This document shows positions 1 through 12,531 of a stretch of DNA of 64,000 nt, one piece after another. The stretch's first letter is position 1; every line of letters begins with the position of its first letter. A program made the position numbers and the translations under genes. Source of the stretch: Cyanophora paradoxa CCMP329 (Eukaryota; Plantae; Glaucophyta). A model generated the notes under the pieces. It was not told the origin of the DNA and ran no database searches. It was given only the letters and a program-made list of their open reading frames with translations. The stretch is taken from the NCBI GenBank assembly GCA_004431415.1, contig QPMI01000503.1, positions 62,001-126,000 of the forward strand, written 5' to 3'.

Positions 1-925
1 GCTCGCAAAGGTGACGAAACCAAAACCACTGCGTCGAAGTCAGAAAAAGCGCTACGAAGGACGAAACGGTGAGCAAAAGCGCACCGCGGCCTGCCGGTCT
101 CGTGGTCGTGCATGATCTGGCTTTCAACCACTCGGCCAAACTGTTCGAAATACTTCCGGAAGTCCGCTGTCGCCGAGCCTGTTAGCTGGGCACGCGGCGC
201 CAAGACAACGAAGCGAATACCCTCTGAGAGCGTGCTCGGCAGCCCGCCAACGAAAATCTTCTTTGTCTTCGGACCCCTTGCGGCCATAGCTTCTTTCGAC
301 ACCGCCCGCTTCGCTTCGATCTGCGGAAACCACAATCAGCGGACAGAACATCAGATACGGCGCCGCACAGTCCGGACCTGACGGCCATCTAGGACGTGCT
401 TATCGTTAAGTACCGTATCGACAACGCTGGGGTCGCTGCGAGCGCCAATCAGCCAACAGTTGTCCCCATAATGCGCAGGCTCGAGGACCTGTATGTTACA
501 AAGCCGAAGCCTCTGCGCATGTCCAACGAAGGTTAATGGCAAGAATAGAAGAACGAAGCGCCCGGGGATGGCCTGCAGACCTGGGATGTCCTGTTGCTTT
601 GTCCTTCATGATCACACAGTCTCTGTTCGCGGGAGGCGCGGTTCACACGGCCATTCCCGCACATGCATCTAACAACAACGCACATGATCTCTCCATAGCG
701 CCCGAAGTACTCCCGAAGGGTCCTACGCGCAACGAATGACCACAACGCGAGTCGAAAGGACATGGGGCACGCTCACTCTTCGGAAGTCTCCCATGACAGA
801 CCTGCATCATTGCATCGAAATGTACGCAGTGAGCGAAGGCGCCGTGCGGGCCGGGCTTTGTGGCAAGGCCGAGCTCGAGGGAGCGCGAAGCGCGTACCTC
901 CGAGGAATATCTTCCCTTCCGTCAT
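1..925 (-). CDS. Two-RRM RNA-binding protein (hnRNP A1/Musashi/DAZAP1-like), multi-exon, 3' end outside window
   Basis: Spliced reading from ATG at 925: MTEGKIFLGGLSWETSEE..TLREYFGRYGEI.DCVIMKDKATGHPRGFGFVTY.DPSVVDTVLNDKHVLDGRQIEAKRAVSKE..KTKKIFVGGLPSTLSE..DFRKYFEQFGRVVESQIMHDHETGRPRGFGFVTFAS. RNP2/RNP1 motifs occur twice; GT-AG introns. Confidence 0.92.
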
Positions 926-1315
926 GGCTCTGGTCCTACCTACTGCTACAGGCCTACGCCCACGAGCGGGAAAAGGTCCCGCCTAGTAATAACGAGCCGC
1001 GCGTAAGGACACACTCGTACCCCCAAGAATCGGAGGCTCGAGCCGCCGGAGCCGGCGCCCGACCATTTATCATGATCCACAGATGATTATATTCCATTCG
1101 AATTCGTACTATGCGTGCGTGTCCTGGCTAATTTTGAGTTAGCTATAGCTAGCTATGGCGCAGTAGCACATGTACAGCTAGCTCCATGGCCAGATCTATA
1201 GATTCGTCAGCACACGCCAAGAAGAGCTCGAGGATGCGCATGCGCAGCTGCATAAGTCAAGGATCAAGAGTTCTCTGCTTGCATTGATCTAGGCACAAGT
1301 ACATTCGTGTAATCT

Positions 1316-1508
1316 TCCAAGCATCATGCAGCTAGCTAAGTTCCCCCTCGCATCTTGCAGCTAGACAAGAATTACGACTACGATCAGCTCCAAGCATCAG
1401 CTAGACAAGAATTACGACTACGATCAGCTCCCGGGTCCCGCTCCATAGCGACCGCGGTCAGGCGTCGCCGTCGGAGTGGTCCCGCGCGCCCGTAGCTTAG
1501 AAAGAGCA
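1316..1508. mobile_element. Short member of modular dispersed repeat family (module C + conserved terminus A)
   Basis: 1316-1430 matches the reverse complement of 23564-23688 (tandem CTAGACAAGAATTACGACTACGATCAGCTCC). 1473-1508 is GGAGTGGTCCCGCGCGCCCGTAGCTTAGAAAGAGCA, found six times in the window. Confidence 0.7.
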
Positions 1509-1538
1509 GTGCGCTAATCGTAATTTTCACTTCGCAAG

Positions 1539-2105
1539 GAGAGTCAGGATGCCCTGAGGACCGAACATAATCTCGTTCAGGAAGGAGAGGATGGCCACCC
1601 AGACGATGGGGCTAATATCAACTCCACCAACAGGTTGAATAACCTGCTAGGGATTAGGTGAGGCCATAGAGCACAACTGTATCCTGGTGCGAACCTTGCG
1701 AGTTGGCCGGAGAATGGGCTCTGTAGGACGGACGGCAAGAACCCAGGGCAGTTTCCCGAGATTGACTTGTGGATACCAAGTGAGGACAATGCGGACGATG
1801 AAGAGGACAATGTAGATGTTCAACGCCGGCCCCAGGATCGTAATCGCAAGCTTGGCCTGAGCGAAGTTCGTATCGAGAAGCTCGTAAAAAAGAAGCGAAA
1901 TCGTAGATCACGCACCGCGCTCCCGTCTGCCCCGGCGTCCGCGGCGAGCGCAGCGGACGGAAGCAGGAGCACCGACGCCAACGACGCCAGCGCCGCGAGC
2001 GATCTCGAGATGATGGTTTCTGAGCTAGAATGCGTAACAGCTGCAGAAAGTGACATGCATCAGTCGCGGGATCAAGAAAGCGACCCGGCATGCGCACGTG
2101 TCTGA
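1539..2105 (+). pseudogene. Headless 3' fragment of an unknown acidic/basic protein gene
   Basis: Two apparent exons (ESQDALRTEHNLVQEGEDGHPDDG..LLGIR / TDGKNPGQFPEIDLWIPSEDNADDEED..) joined by a GT-AG intron. No start codon; begins just after repeat terminus A. Confidence 0.4.
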
Positions 2106-2354
2106 TCTTCGTCCGCTGCCCTCGAAGCGGCGGGGCCAGAACTCCTGCATACGATCACTCCCAGTGCACGTCGCGTATCGACTGCGAAAGATCGCCGGCG
2201 CGCGGCGGCGAACTTGAGAGCGCAGCTGAACGGCGCCGAGCCGTGGACCCGGAGAGCTCTGACGGTTAAGTTCTGAACTCGCAAGCTACATGATGAACTG
2301 GACGCAGCGGGGCCGGCACGAGCGGCGGGGAGGGCGAGGGCGACCGAGAACGCC

Positions 2355-3350
2355 ATGTCGCAGCAGAAAGCGGGCCGCGGGGGAGCCGAACCGGCGGGGA
2401 ATCGCTCGGGCGCTCGTGCGCGGCATCCAAACGCTGCAGCAGCCGCGAGCTCCGCGGAGCGCCGTCGAGTAGCTGAGCCCTATCTGCGGCGCCACGCAGC
2501 GGACTCTCTGAGCTTAAACAAGCTTGAGCGCTCCGCGAGCAGCGGCCGCGAGCAGCGCCGCGGCTTGCGGCACAGCTACTCAAATGCAACTCGAGCTGAT
2601 CGAGGACCACACGGTCCTTACGCTTTTCCTGCTTGGGTTCGAGGACGGCAAGCTGTTCGGAAGCGAGCGACAGATCTCTAGCTCTTCACTGGAGGCCTGT
2701 CTAGACTTTCTGTTGAGGCGTCTCTATCCCGCGGAATTCGCTTCGCAGCCTGTGCGCATCTGGCGCATCTGCGTTTCACATGTTTTGTCGGATGCTAAAA
2801 GCGCCTCGCAGGATTTTAAGAGCTCGAAGCACCTCGCAGAGGCGGATGCCAGGCACAGGGGAGCGTTTCGCAACTTCGCGGTGGATGTCTGTGCCAGATT
2901 CCAGAAAGACTTCGGGCTTGCGTCGAGTCAGTTCTATATAACGAAATCCATCTTGTCCAATCCGCAACGGAAGTTCGTGTCGCCAGCACTCCTTCTTTTA
3001 GCACAGGCGGCGCTCTATCACGCACCTTTCCCCCAACACGCAGGTATTTGTGGTTGCAGCGCTGCAGTACATTCCCTTGGATCTAACGCAATTCGTATGC
3101 AGAGGGTCTGCTTTCCGACGACTCGGCAAAAATGGTGCAACACATGTTGTCCAGAAACGCTGCACAATGCAGGTGAGCCCCACTGGAAGAGCGCGGTTCC
3201 AAAACGCCATAATTTATGAAGCAGAATGCTTGATCGGCTGATGAACCTTCAAGAACTCTCGCATGCCCTGCTGTTGTTGTAGTCTCAGGAGCTGGAGCCC
3301 TCGCAGGAGCACCCTCATCCGCCATGGCCACTGCACCAGCATGGACGTAA
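2355..3350 (+). CDS. HAUS6/augmin-6 N-terminal-like domain protein (3' end approximate)
   Basis: EDHTVLTLFLLGFE..LDFLLRRLYP..AFRNFAVDVCARFQKD..ITKSILSNPQRK resembles the HAUS6 N-terminal pattern (LxxLGF, FL..L.P, FR, S.L.P). Much shorter than canonical HAUS6. Confidence 0.45.
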
Positions 3351-3594
3351 AGCACCTGCTGCCTAGCTCCTAGCTCCTAAGCTTAGGCCGCCTCGCTTCT
3401 TCCATCAAAAGGGGGCCCCTCCCCTCAGGGCCCCTGCAGGTTACGTTTTTGATCATGATCCACTCTCATTGGCCGGTCCCCCATAGGCAGGATATCTCGC
3501 TGAAAACATCACTGCGCCCTCAGCCTAGAAAGAGCATGAGCCACTCGTACACTTTTACAAAGAAAAGTAAACATGATTCGCCTAATCTAGTACC

Positions 3595-4819
3595 CTACTC
3601 GGCCTTCTTGCCCTTCGACGAGGCAGACTTCGACCGCGAAGCCGGCTTCTTAAGGTACGACTGGACATAGAAGTTGCCGAACAGAGCGAGAAGGCTGAGC
3701 ATGTACCAGAAGTAGATCTGGATGAGGCCACGAGGGTAGTCGCACTTGTGAGTGAGGTCATAGACTGCTTGGCTGGCCATGGTCACAAACTGGAACATCT
3801 GCATCTTGGTGATGTGCGGCTTGACGACTGTGGTCACACGACGAATGAAGCTCTTCTCGCCGAGGCAGGTGCCAAGGTAGTACGAGTACATCACAAAGTG
3901 GATGAACGAGTTCAGAGCAGTCGAGTAATACGCTGTGACTTCGTCAGCACAAGTGATCCACTCTGTGCTATGCTGTATTGCATACCGTCGCCGCCGGGGG
4001 CGTGGGTCGCGATGTACCACCAGATGATGAAGATGGTGGTCTGAAAACTCAATTTAGCCAAACAAAGGGTGAAATTGAACGCGGGTTGTGCACGTGGTGG
4101 TAGACGTGGAGGAAGGAGACCTGGTTGAACTTGCCACGAAGGATCATGATGACCTGCAGAATGAACTTTCATTCGACGGGCATGGTGGTGCAAACCGCGA
4201 TGTACGGGCCGCACAGTGTCCATGAACTCGTACAGCTTCGACACGTAGAATATGTAAACGATATCAGCCATCTGTGCGCTCATCAGCCCTGGCTAACCTG
4301 ACGTCTGGAGCAATCCAGCATACCGCCTGGCCCTTCGGGCTCTTGTCGTACGCGTTGCAGAAGAACCCGTACTTGCCGTTCACGGCCTGGCGGATAGCCT
4401 CGGCGCACATGTAGCCACTCAGGCCGACCAGGAACACGTTGTGGAGGATCGAGAACAGCTTCAGCTGGAAGGGCTTGATGGCCTTCATGACCTGCAGGAT
4501 GTGAGACCAAGCACGAGCGCACGGATAGGGCACGCACGACCGAGCCAAGGATGACGAACGCAAGGTAGCCGGCGACGCACGCGAACACGACCTGGGGATC
4601 CATGAGGAAGCGCCCCTTGGTGTGCGCCACGGTGTTCTTCAGCGTCCTGGGGGAGCGCGACTCTGCGTGAGCGCGCGACGTGGCGCATAGGTGCGCCGGA
4701 GCCGCGCACCACTGGCGCCAGTTCTCGAAGTCAGCCGGGATCTGAGCGGGCTTGACATTCTTCACGTAGTCGACAGCCGCGTTCACGGCGTCGAAGTTGA
4801 TGAAGTCCTCAATCGCCAT
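3595..4819 (-). CDS. ELO/GNS1-SUR4 fatty acid elongase (PUFA/delta-6 elongase-like)
   Basis: Motifs FYVSKLYEFMDT, QVSFLHVYHH, NSFIHFVMYSYY, TKMQMFQF, LFGNFY and a C-terminal KKAE dilysine ER signal; several short introns. Confidence 0.95.
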
Positions 4820-5363
4820 GGCTTCGGCCCACGAACTAATCTGCGCAAGGTGCTTAGCGACCCGCTGAGCGACCCGGCGACACCAGCCGCCCGTGCCGCT
4901 CCCTCGCGAGCCGCCTCGCGGGGAGGGGCACGGGAGGGCTCCGGGCGAGATCGCCCAGCCATCGCGGGCATCTAAGCGCTATCAGAGACCCGAGAGAGCC
5001 CCCCGCACGCACCGAGCCGAGGAGCCACGAGATATCCCCCCCTTTTGCGACGTACCCGTACGGAGTTCGCTCAGGTCCGCGTGCCACGCATCGAGCACCA
5101 CGCGCTCGCCTTGAAACGGCTGCAGTTCGCAAGGGGAGGCTTCTACCAGCGCGTACCGGCACCGTTCGTGAGACACCGAAAACGGGTGCGCGAGGCGTGC
5201 GCGAGGGGTCTCGAATGCCCGTGCATGTGGTGCATAGATCGCCCGTGCTCATCGTGCCATGGCCCTGGCTCGCCGCGCTTCACGCGCCTCCCATAATAAT
5301 CTTCACCGCGCCTCAATCTCACGCGTCTGACCGAACTTCCTTGGGCGGCGCCGGGCGCACAGA

Positions 5364-6690
5364 ATGGAGGCGTTCGTCAGTCTTCAGCCCACAGTTTCGC
5401 GCTGTGTCGCCCGGCCTCACACAGTCTTCAGCCCTAGCGCACCTGTGTGCGCACTGGCGAGCGTGCGCACGGGCCGTCAGTCCAGCCTTGCTCGTTCGGC
5501 GTTCCTGGGTGTGCCCCGCAGCTTCGCGGCGACCCCGAGCAGCTCTGCAGCGGTTCAGTTCAGCGCGGCACAGGCAGCTTTCGTTCCGCCGACGCTTCCA
5601 GCCGTGCCCGAGGCCCTCTCCGGACTTTTCGTGCTGCTTGCCGATGCTGCCAACACGGCTGCGGATGCGGCTGCAAGCGGCGCCGCGGATGCGGAGCAGT
5701 CGAAGGGCCTCTTTGACATGTTCGTCGTGCTGATCGAGAACGCGCTGAAGACGCTGGAGGGCTCGCTAGACGGCGCCGGCGTGCCCTACGCATACGGCTT
5801 CGCCATCATTCTCTTCACTGTCTTCGTCAAGATCCTCACCCTCCCGCTGTCCCAGAAGCAGATGACCTCAGCTCTGTCAATGCAGGCCCTCCAGCCTAAG
5901 ATGAAGGAGATTCAGAAGCGCTACGCGAACGATCCCCAGAAGATGCAGCTGGAGACCGCAGCCCTGTACCGCTCAGCCGGCGTCAACCCGCTTGCGGGCT
6001 GCCTTCCCAGCCTGGCGACCCTCCCAATTTGGATTGGTCTGTACCGTGCCCTGACCTCCCTGGCCAAGGAAGGCGTTCTTACCAAGGGTGAGTTGCTATT
6101 CTTAGGTGAAACTAGGGGCTTGTCTCATCTATGTTTTTGCAGGCTTCTTCTTCATCCCCAGTCTGGCAGGCCCGGCCACCATTGATAACCCCGGCCTCAG
6201 CTGGCTCATCCCGTTCACCGATGGCGCGCCGCCGGTCGGCTGGGCAGACTGCGCGGCCTACCTTGTGCTCCCTGTCCTGCTGGTCGCGTCCCAGGTGTAC
6301 ACCATGAAGATGACGACGCCACAGACGAACGACCCCCAGCAGCAGCAGGCGAATGCCATTCTCAAGTTCCTCCCCTTCATGCTCGGCTACTTCTCGCTCA
6401 CCATGCCCTCGGGACTGTCTCTCTACTGGTTCACAAACAACATCCTCTCCACTGCCCAGCAGTGGTACATCAAGAAGACCTTCAAGGCCTCTTCCCTGAA
6501 GCCATCCGCACCAGCAGGCGCCCCGATGACCGTCGAGAAGGTCGTCGATGTCAGCTCATCGGCAATCTCCTCCAACGGCAGCAAGTCCCCAGCTGCGGCT
6601 AGCTCCGCACCGGCTAAGCCTACGCCTTCCACTAAGGGCGGCTCTGGCAAGTCGAAGCCTAGCAAGAAGTCGAAGAAGGGCAAGAACTAG
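5364..6690 (+). CDS. ALB3: Thylakoid membrane insertase ALB3 (YidC/Oxa1 family) with plastid transit peptide
   Basis: YGFAIILFTVFVKILTLPL, MQALQPKMKEIQKRY, GVNPLAGCLPSLATLPIWIGLYRAL, GFFFIPSLAGP, PSGLSLYWFTNNILSTAQQ; one intron ~6088-6142. Confidence 0.96.
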
Positions 6691-6926
6691 ATGCTTTGAT
6701 GCTCTGCGCGATCTCGGCTCTTCCAGCTGCAGTCCGTGCCGTACTTGCTCTTTTGCTGCAGTTTTGTAGAAGATTTCAATGCATACGACAAAAATGCTCA
6801 TTTGACTGCGGCATTGAAGCTCAGCCGCTCTAGATTTCTATCAGATGAGCGAATCATGATTAAGATTGCGAGGGCTTATATATACGTAAATACCGGTCGG
6901 ACGTCAGGAACCCCGAACCATGCCCT

Positions 6927-7105
6927 GGGTCCAATGAATATTCAATTTGAAACTGCACATGCGTACTGCGCATGCACACGTGCACGTGGGTCCAATGAAT
7001 ATTCAATTTGAAACTGCACGTGCACACGCGCATGCGCATGCATGTGCATGTACATGTGCATGCATATGCGCATGCGGCATATGCATGCGGCAGCGGCATG
7101 CATTT
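6927..7105. repeat. Duplicated 32-mer plus alternating purine-pyrimidine tract
   Basis: GGGTCCAATGAATATTCAATTTGAAACTGCAC at ~6927 and ~6988; perfect RY alternation 7015-7076. Confidence 0.85.
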
Positions 7106-7334
7106 GTGTATTAGATTGATCCTAGATCGCTATTCAATTTAAAACTGCAGCAATCTAGGTGTATGCATATTGTCTACGTACAAAGAGAGCGTGTAGCGGG
7201 GGGCCCCGAATGTACAAGAAGCGGCCCCCGGCCCAGCCCAGCTAGCTAGCTAGCTAGCCCCGAGCGGCTGCCCGCCGACGCCGGCGGCCTCGAGGGCCGC
7301 GGCGTCTACAGGGGCAGGCTCGAGCTCTGGCTCT

Positions 7335-7690
7335 AGCGATCGTAATTCTTCCGATCGTAACAACAGTCCAGCTAGACGATCATCGGATCGTAGTTAACGT
7401 TCTAGACCTTCAAGGGCTTCTCGGTCGTAATTCTAGGCGATCGTAATCGTGCGCGTGCGCGTGTGGGCTTTGTCTGGGCGATCGTAATTCTAGACCTTCA
7501 AGGGCTTCTCGGTCGTAATTCTGATTCCTTGTGGTCGTAATTCTTAGCTTCTTTAAATTAAAGCTATCCAGAACTTGATCGTAATTCTGATCAGTCTACT
7601 ATAGCTAGTACTCGAGCTCCACGTGCACCACCGACCTAGCCCTAGCCATAACTTAGTAAAGCTAGACTCCCAATCGTAATTCTGATCATA
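7335..7690. repeat. GATCGTAAT-rich degenerate repeat region
   Basis: Many (GA/GG)TCGTAATTCT words; TTCTAGACCTTCAAGGGCTTCTCGGTCGTAATTCT duplicated at ~7400 and ~7488. Confidence 0.75.
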
Positions 7691-8128
7691 TAACTAAGCT
7701 TGCCAGGCTTGTCGTGTACGATCGTCGTGATGCGCATGCCGCAGCGGCTAGCGCTGCGCATCGCGGGGGGTACCACCCCCTCTGAGCCAGACGAAGCTGC
7801 TCCCGTGCCCGATTCCGAAGTGCGGTCCCTGCTGACCGCGCGCGGCCGCTCGGCTGCGCAGCGCGGAGCGCGGCCTGCCGCTTGCTGCGTCGTCGCTGGG
7901 AGCGTAGTTTCGAATTGCACCGCATAAACCGCTGACACGAGTGCAGCCGGCTATAAACCGCTGACACTAGTGCGACGATTCAGCCGTCAGCAGCGAGACG
8001 CCTTTCATCCGAGCGCACGCACAGCGCGTCGCGGCGCGGCGCGCGCGTTCAAAAGTGCGTCCAGCGGGACGGCCGACATAGTCCTGGGCTGGCGTTGAAG
8101 TGTTAGCTATTGTATTAGCTAAGCTCAG

Positions 8129-11094
8129 ATGTACGTATTTCCGCGCCGTGTGTCATCTGGCCTCGATGCGGCGAACTGGAAGGAAGAGCGGAAAACGGAT
8201 CTTTGGGTCCTGCAAGTAAGACGGGAGATTGAGATTCTGCAAAGCTTCTGGCCTTCGGCAATCTGCGCGCCGCCCGCTTGTTGCGGGCCGGAGAGCGAGG
8301 GCCCTGTGGGAAAATGCCGCATCCTCCTCACCGCCTCCAGCACTCCTCGAATCATCGTCACCGGACAGACTGTCCCAGAAGGTAAAAGCTGTTATCGAAA
8401 TCCATACATCCGGCTGACTCGCAGCGCAGTCATTTCGATGTTTGAAAAGCTCAAAGGCCAGAGGACAGCCATCGTAGCAGCGGTTCTGCAGGCCGAGAGA
8501 CCATCATATTTGTTGTATTTGTTCGCGGCCCGAGCCATGTGCGGCGAACCGCCCCAGTCTCTGTCCCTCCCTGCTTCGAAGAAGGCGCTCAAAACATACG
8601 GCTCTCGGACAAGCACTGTTCGATTCGAGAACGGAACCCCGGGCCAAGGGCGGTTCAACGGCCGCACGATCCAGTCCGGTAAGCGTTCGGTCCCCGCTCC
8701 CCCTCTCGCCAAGATCGGCCTCGCTGATCCCTTTCCCACTAGCTCTAAAGCGGCCGGATAAGAAGAAGCGGCCCCCTCTACCCTACCCCGAGCTCAATAT
8801 GTCAACAATTCGGACGGAGCTAGTCTCACAGGTGCGTGGGGGCGCCATCCGTTCGCCATAGAATTATAATGCCTCACCGCAGGGAAGCATCTCTCTCCTC
8901 GGGTCCACCTCTGATTCAGGTCCAGAAGGGGTACGCAAAACCCGTACCCGCTACTCCTCTCTTCTAACAGAGCGTAGCAGGCGCCGCTCCGCTTCGACCC
9001 CGAGGCGCAAAGGCAACACCCCATCGCCGCCACCCCCACCCCATTGCCCCTTGACCCTCCATCTGAAATTCGATTCGGCAGCCACATGCTTAGTTCTCTG
9101 CGACGGATTGTTCTCTCCGACTCGGATGGGTGCGGCAAACGGAGGCCGAGGCACTGCACTTCTGCTCCTCGTGCTGACCGGGCCTTTTCAGGTGGACCCA
9201 CTGGCAGCAGCGTCGCCAGGCAAGCGTTATCCCTGGCGCGCCATAGCTCGTTTGCGCACTGCTTACTGCCCCACAGACCTTTCTGCAGCGCAAGTTCGTG
9301 CAGGTGGGCTTGGCCGCCCTGTGCGATTCGCAGAGAGAAGCAAATCTGACTCCTCTGCACCAGGAGACGCGAACAACCTTGACGCGGTCGCTCAAGCTAG
9401 TGTACTCCCCTGCAGTCGAGCTCCTGGGCTCTGTTTTGCAACCAGAGCGGTGCGGTGGCCCTAGCTGCGCTGTGCTGCTGCCGACACCGCCTTTGTTAGG
9501 TGGTGCGAGTGGGATCCCTTCCTTGCGAAGGCAAAGAATATAGTCGACCTGGATGCAAACAACCGGTTAATCTACCTGAAGTACCGGGGGTTCGACCCCG
9601 TTGGCCTTGTGCGCCTCCACTGCCTCTGCTCTGACTGTTTCCATCGGGTACAGGATCTACGACTTTCTTCCCCGAGACATGGTTTGCCTCCAGACCTGGA
9701 CCGGCCCGGATGAGGCAGGCAGCTTCGTGGTGATCAGGACCTTTTGTGATGCAATCATGCAATCGTGCACATGGCACTTACTTGTACTCCTCATACAGAT
9801 CGTGTGGCGCTCCGTGTCCTTGCCTCAGGCACGCCCCTCGCCCCTTGCAACCCTGCCCCACTGACATTCTCTTCAAATTGACCTCAATTTAACTATATGC
9901 CTGATGGTTGTAGAGGCCATCGAAGATCTGGAAGGGGGTGGTCCGTGCAGAGAACGCTGGATCAGTGATGGTCGGTCCACACCAGCCCCCTCCTCACCAC
10001 CTCTGCTCACTTCGAAACCAGGTTATCCAGCCAGCTGTCTCGACCTCCGCTGCTTCCCTCGTCACCTACATGCCCTGCATCGACTGGAAGGCATGTGTGG
10101 GCCCAGCACCGAACCCGCCACCTTTCTCTAACTTTTCGTAGGGGTACGTGGCCCCCGGTGTAGCGGCAATGCTGGCCGTGCACGTACCCCTCCTCGTCGC
10201 GGGCATGTCGCGGGCAGTGGACGCCACCCGCTCTGCAGCATCTGCTGCCCCGACACTCGCCTCTCCTCTGGGTCCTCCGCCTGGGGCACCACGTCGAAAG
10301 TCCATCACCTTTGCAGACGAGGATGCGCCACCTGCACTGGCCACTCTGCACTCAGCCCTGCCTGCCCTCTCCCCGCTTCCCATTCCCGCGGGCACCTCCG
10401 CTTCCCCAGACTCCCACTTTGCCGCCTTATTTAATCCCATCTCCCTCCTAACTGGAAGCCCTGCTCCTTCTCCCGCCCCCGCCCATGCCCCTTCTGCTGC
10501 CAACCAAGACTCCAATCTCTCCACCTTCTCCAGTGACGGGCCTGTCTCTTTCGGGCCCCTGCCACGAGCTCCGCCCGCTGGCCTGCGCGAGTACTTCGGC
10601 GTACCTTCGCGCGACGCCCTCCTCTACGAACGTGCTGTGGCTGCACTTCGCCGAAATGTCTACCAGGCATGTCATGCTCCCCCTCCGGAGCTCCTGCAAC
10701 CAACTCACTTCGCATCAGGAGGGTCACCTCTACCTCTTTGCAGGCCACGTGGCGTTTGGCAGCTTCAGCGGTTCGTATAGGGAATCATTCCCGCATGAGG
10801 TCATCGAGGCTGTCGAGAAGGTGGCGTCCACCGACTCTATCACCTCGTGCTGCATACCTTTGTGCTGACTGGAACTTCTCAGGTGGCTCCATCCATGGAT
10901 GTTGCTCGCTCGCGGATCCGGATACGTCACAGGTAATGCTGCACATGGAATGGGTGTTTTTGCATGGCTGAGCTTTATGCAGTGGTGGGAAAGAGCTTGT
11001 TCTGGTCTCAGAGAACAAGCGAGATGTCGTCTTTGAAGCCATACTAGCTGCCGCCCTGCCCAAGAACAACAAGATCCGGACAGGGAGACTCTAG
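8129..11094 (+). CDS. START-domain + GRAM-domain lipid-binding/transfer protein (5' end uncertain)
   Basis: START-like segments LQPER.CEWDPFLAKAKNI, FLPRDMVCLQTW..GSFVIVWRSV, GYVAPGVAAMLAV. GRAM-like EYFGVPSRDALL..EGHLYLFAGHVAFGSF..VIEAVEK. Last exon ends ..KIRTGRL-stop at 11094. Confidence 0.65.
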
Positions 11095-11531
11095 GGCATA
11101 ATGCCCCACCCACCCCACCCGCCGAAACCAAGGCCGAGATTGATCGAAATCGAAAATCTGATTGCTCTGCCATGTATAGTATCTGGTCAAGGTACGGCCC
11201 TTAAGCTTAAGCTTGTCTGATCGCGAAGCCTTTTGAAGCCTTGAAGGCTTGGCCGAAGGCTCGGCCTATCCTATAATTATACAATTCAACGTTACAAGTA
11301 GTAAGGCAAGCTTAAGTATGTATCACCTGAGCCGGCGCCCGCGGCCGGCGCCTCTTTTTCAGGTGGCGTTCGAAAACTTTTTTGTTCCCACCCCGTTTCA
11401 GGATATCGATTTGAGAGAGAACTAATGAGGTACTACGGTGTGCATAGTGCAGCTCGTACTACGGTAAGGACCCTCCCTCACATTCGATCAGCGCCCCCCC
11501 CACCCCCCCCCAGCGTCACATTCCCGTACCC

Positions 11532-12531
11532 ATGGCGTTCGCCTGCGCCGCGCCCCCGCGTCCCTCACGGACGCCCCGAGCGCTGTTTGCACCTGCAGAG
11601 GCCTCGTACACAAACGCTGCGAAGCAGAACAGGAAGCAGCACGAATCTCGCCAGTGGGTAGCAGGCAAGCCCCTCCGCACAACATGGCAGCACCAAGCGG
11701 AGAAACGTAGCTTTGATTCCAGCCGTAGATGTAGCAAGCGCTCGAGCGTCCCGTTCGCGTCCGCGGACTCCAACGCGCGGCGCGAGATCGAGGGCAAGGA
11801 CCAGGAGCCGGGCTCTGAGGCGATGCCGTTCGCCTGGGTTCCTGAGGAGTCGGTGCGTTCCTCTTGCGCGGCTACGTGCCTCGCGCCTCACTGATGTGAG
11901 CTACCGCGTCGTACTCGCTGAGATTCTTTCGGGCTGTGCGGCGTACTTCTCTAGCTAAGCTCCTATCTAGACCTCTAAGACACTTTCAAGTCTCCTACGC
12001 ACTCGATCGCGTTCCCGCGTGTGCCTTGCCTGTCGCGGCATGTTTCTGCCACACCGTTCCTTTTCCTTTTTTGCAGCCTCAAGATCTCTTAGTATGGGGA
12101 ATGGCTCTCGCACTAGAACCCACGATACAGTTCTTTTCTGATGATTCTTGGGTTCGCAGATGAAGCCTTTCGCCGATCCCCTCTACGTCAAATTTGAGGA
12201 CTGGCCGACTATGATGGAGTTGAAACGGGACGAGCGCGCCCCTGTGCTTCCCGACGTGCACACAGAATCAGTTGAGGAGTTCCTGCGTCGGATAGGCCGG
12301 CTAAAGGACAAAGTCGCCCCATGGGAGGACGACGAGTTCGATGAGGAAGTGCGCCGGATCTTACGAGTGACCCTCTATTAAACATCTCTCACGCCCACTC
12401 CGCAGGACGAGGACGAGGACATCTTGGAAGGGGATGAGTTCTCTGAGATTCTGGACTATATTGGCGATGTGGAGGACGACGAGGACGACCTGCAGTCCCT
12501 GATCGACATCGACCGTGACACGCCCCTGTAG
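11532..12531 (+). CDS. Hypothetical plastid-targeted protein with acidic C-terminus
   Basis: MAFAC.. Ser/Arg/Ala-rich presequence; exons ..MPFAWVPEES / MKPFADPLYVKFEDWP..EDDEFDEE / DEDEDILEGDEFSEILDY..DTPL-stop. Confidence 0.65.

Noticed and set aside
7335-7690. Cyanobacterial HIP1 (GCGATCGC) signature suggesting plastid-derived DNA
   Set aside because: The core CGATCG occurs mostly in CGATCGTAAT context, not as HIP1.
11853-12076. snoRNA in the longer intron of the orphan plastid gene
   Set aside because: TGATGT..CTGA are only ~25 nt apart with no recognisable guide, and no convincing H/ACA boxes.
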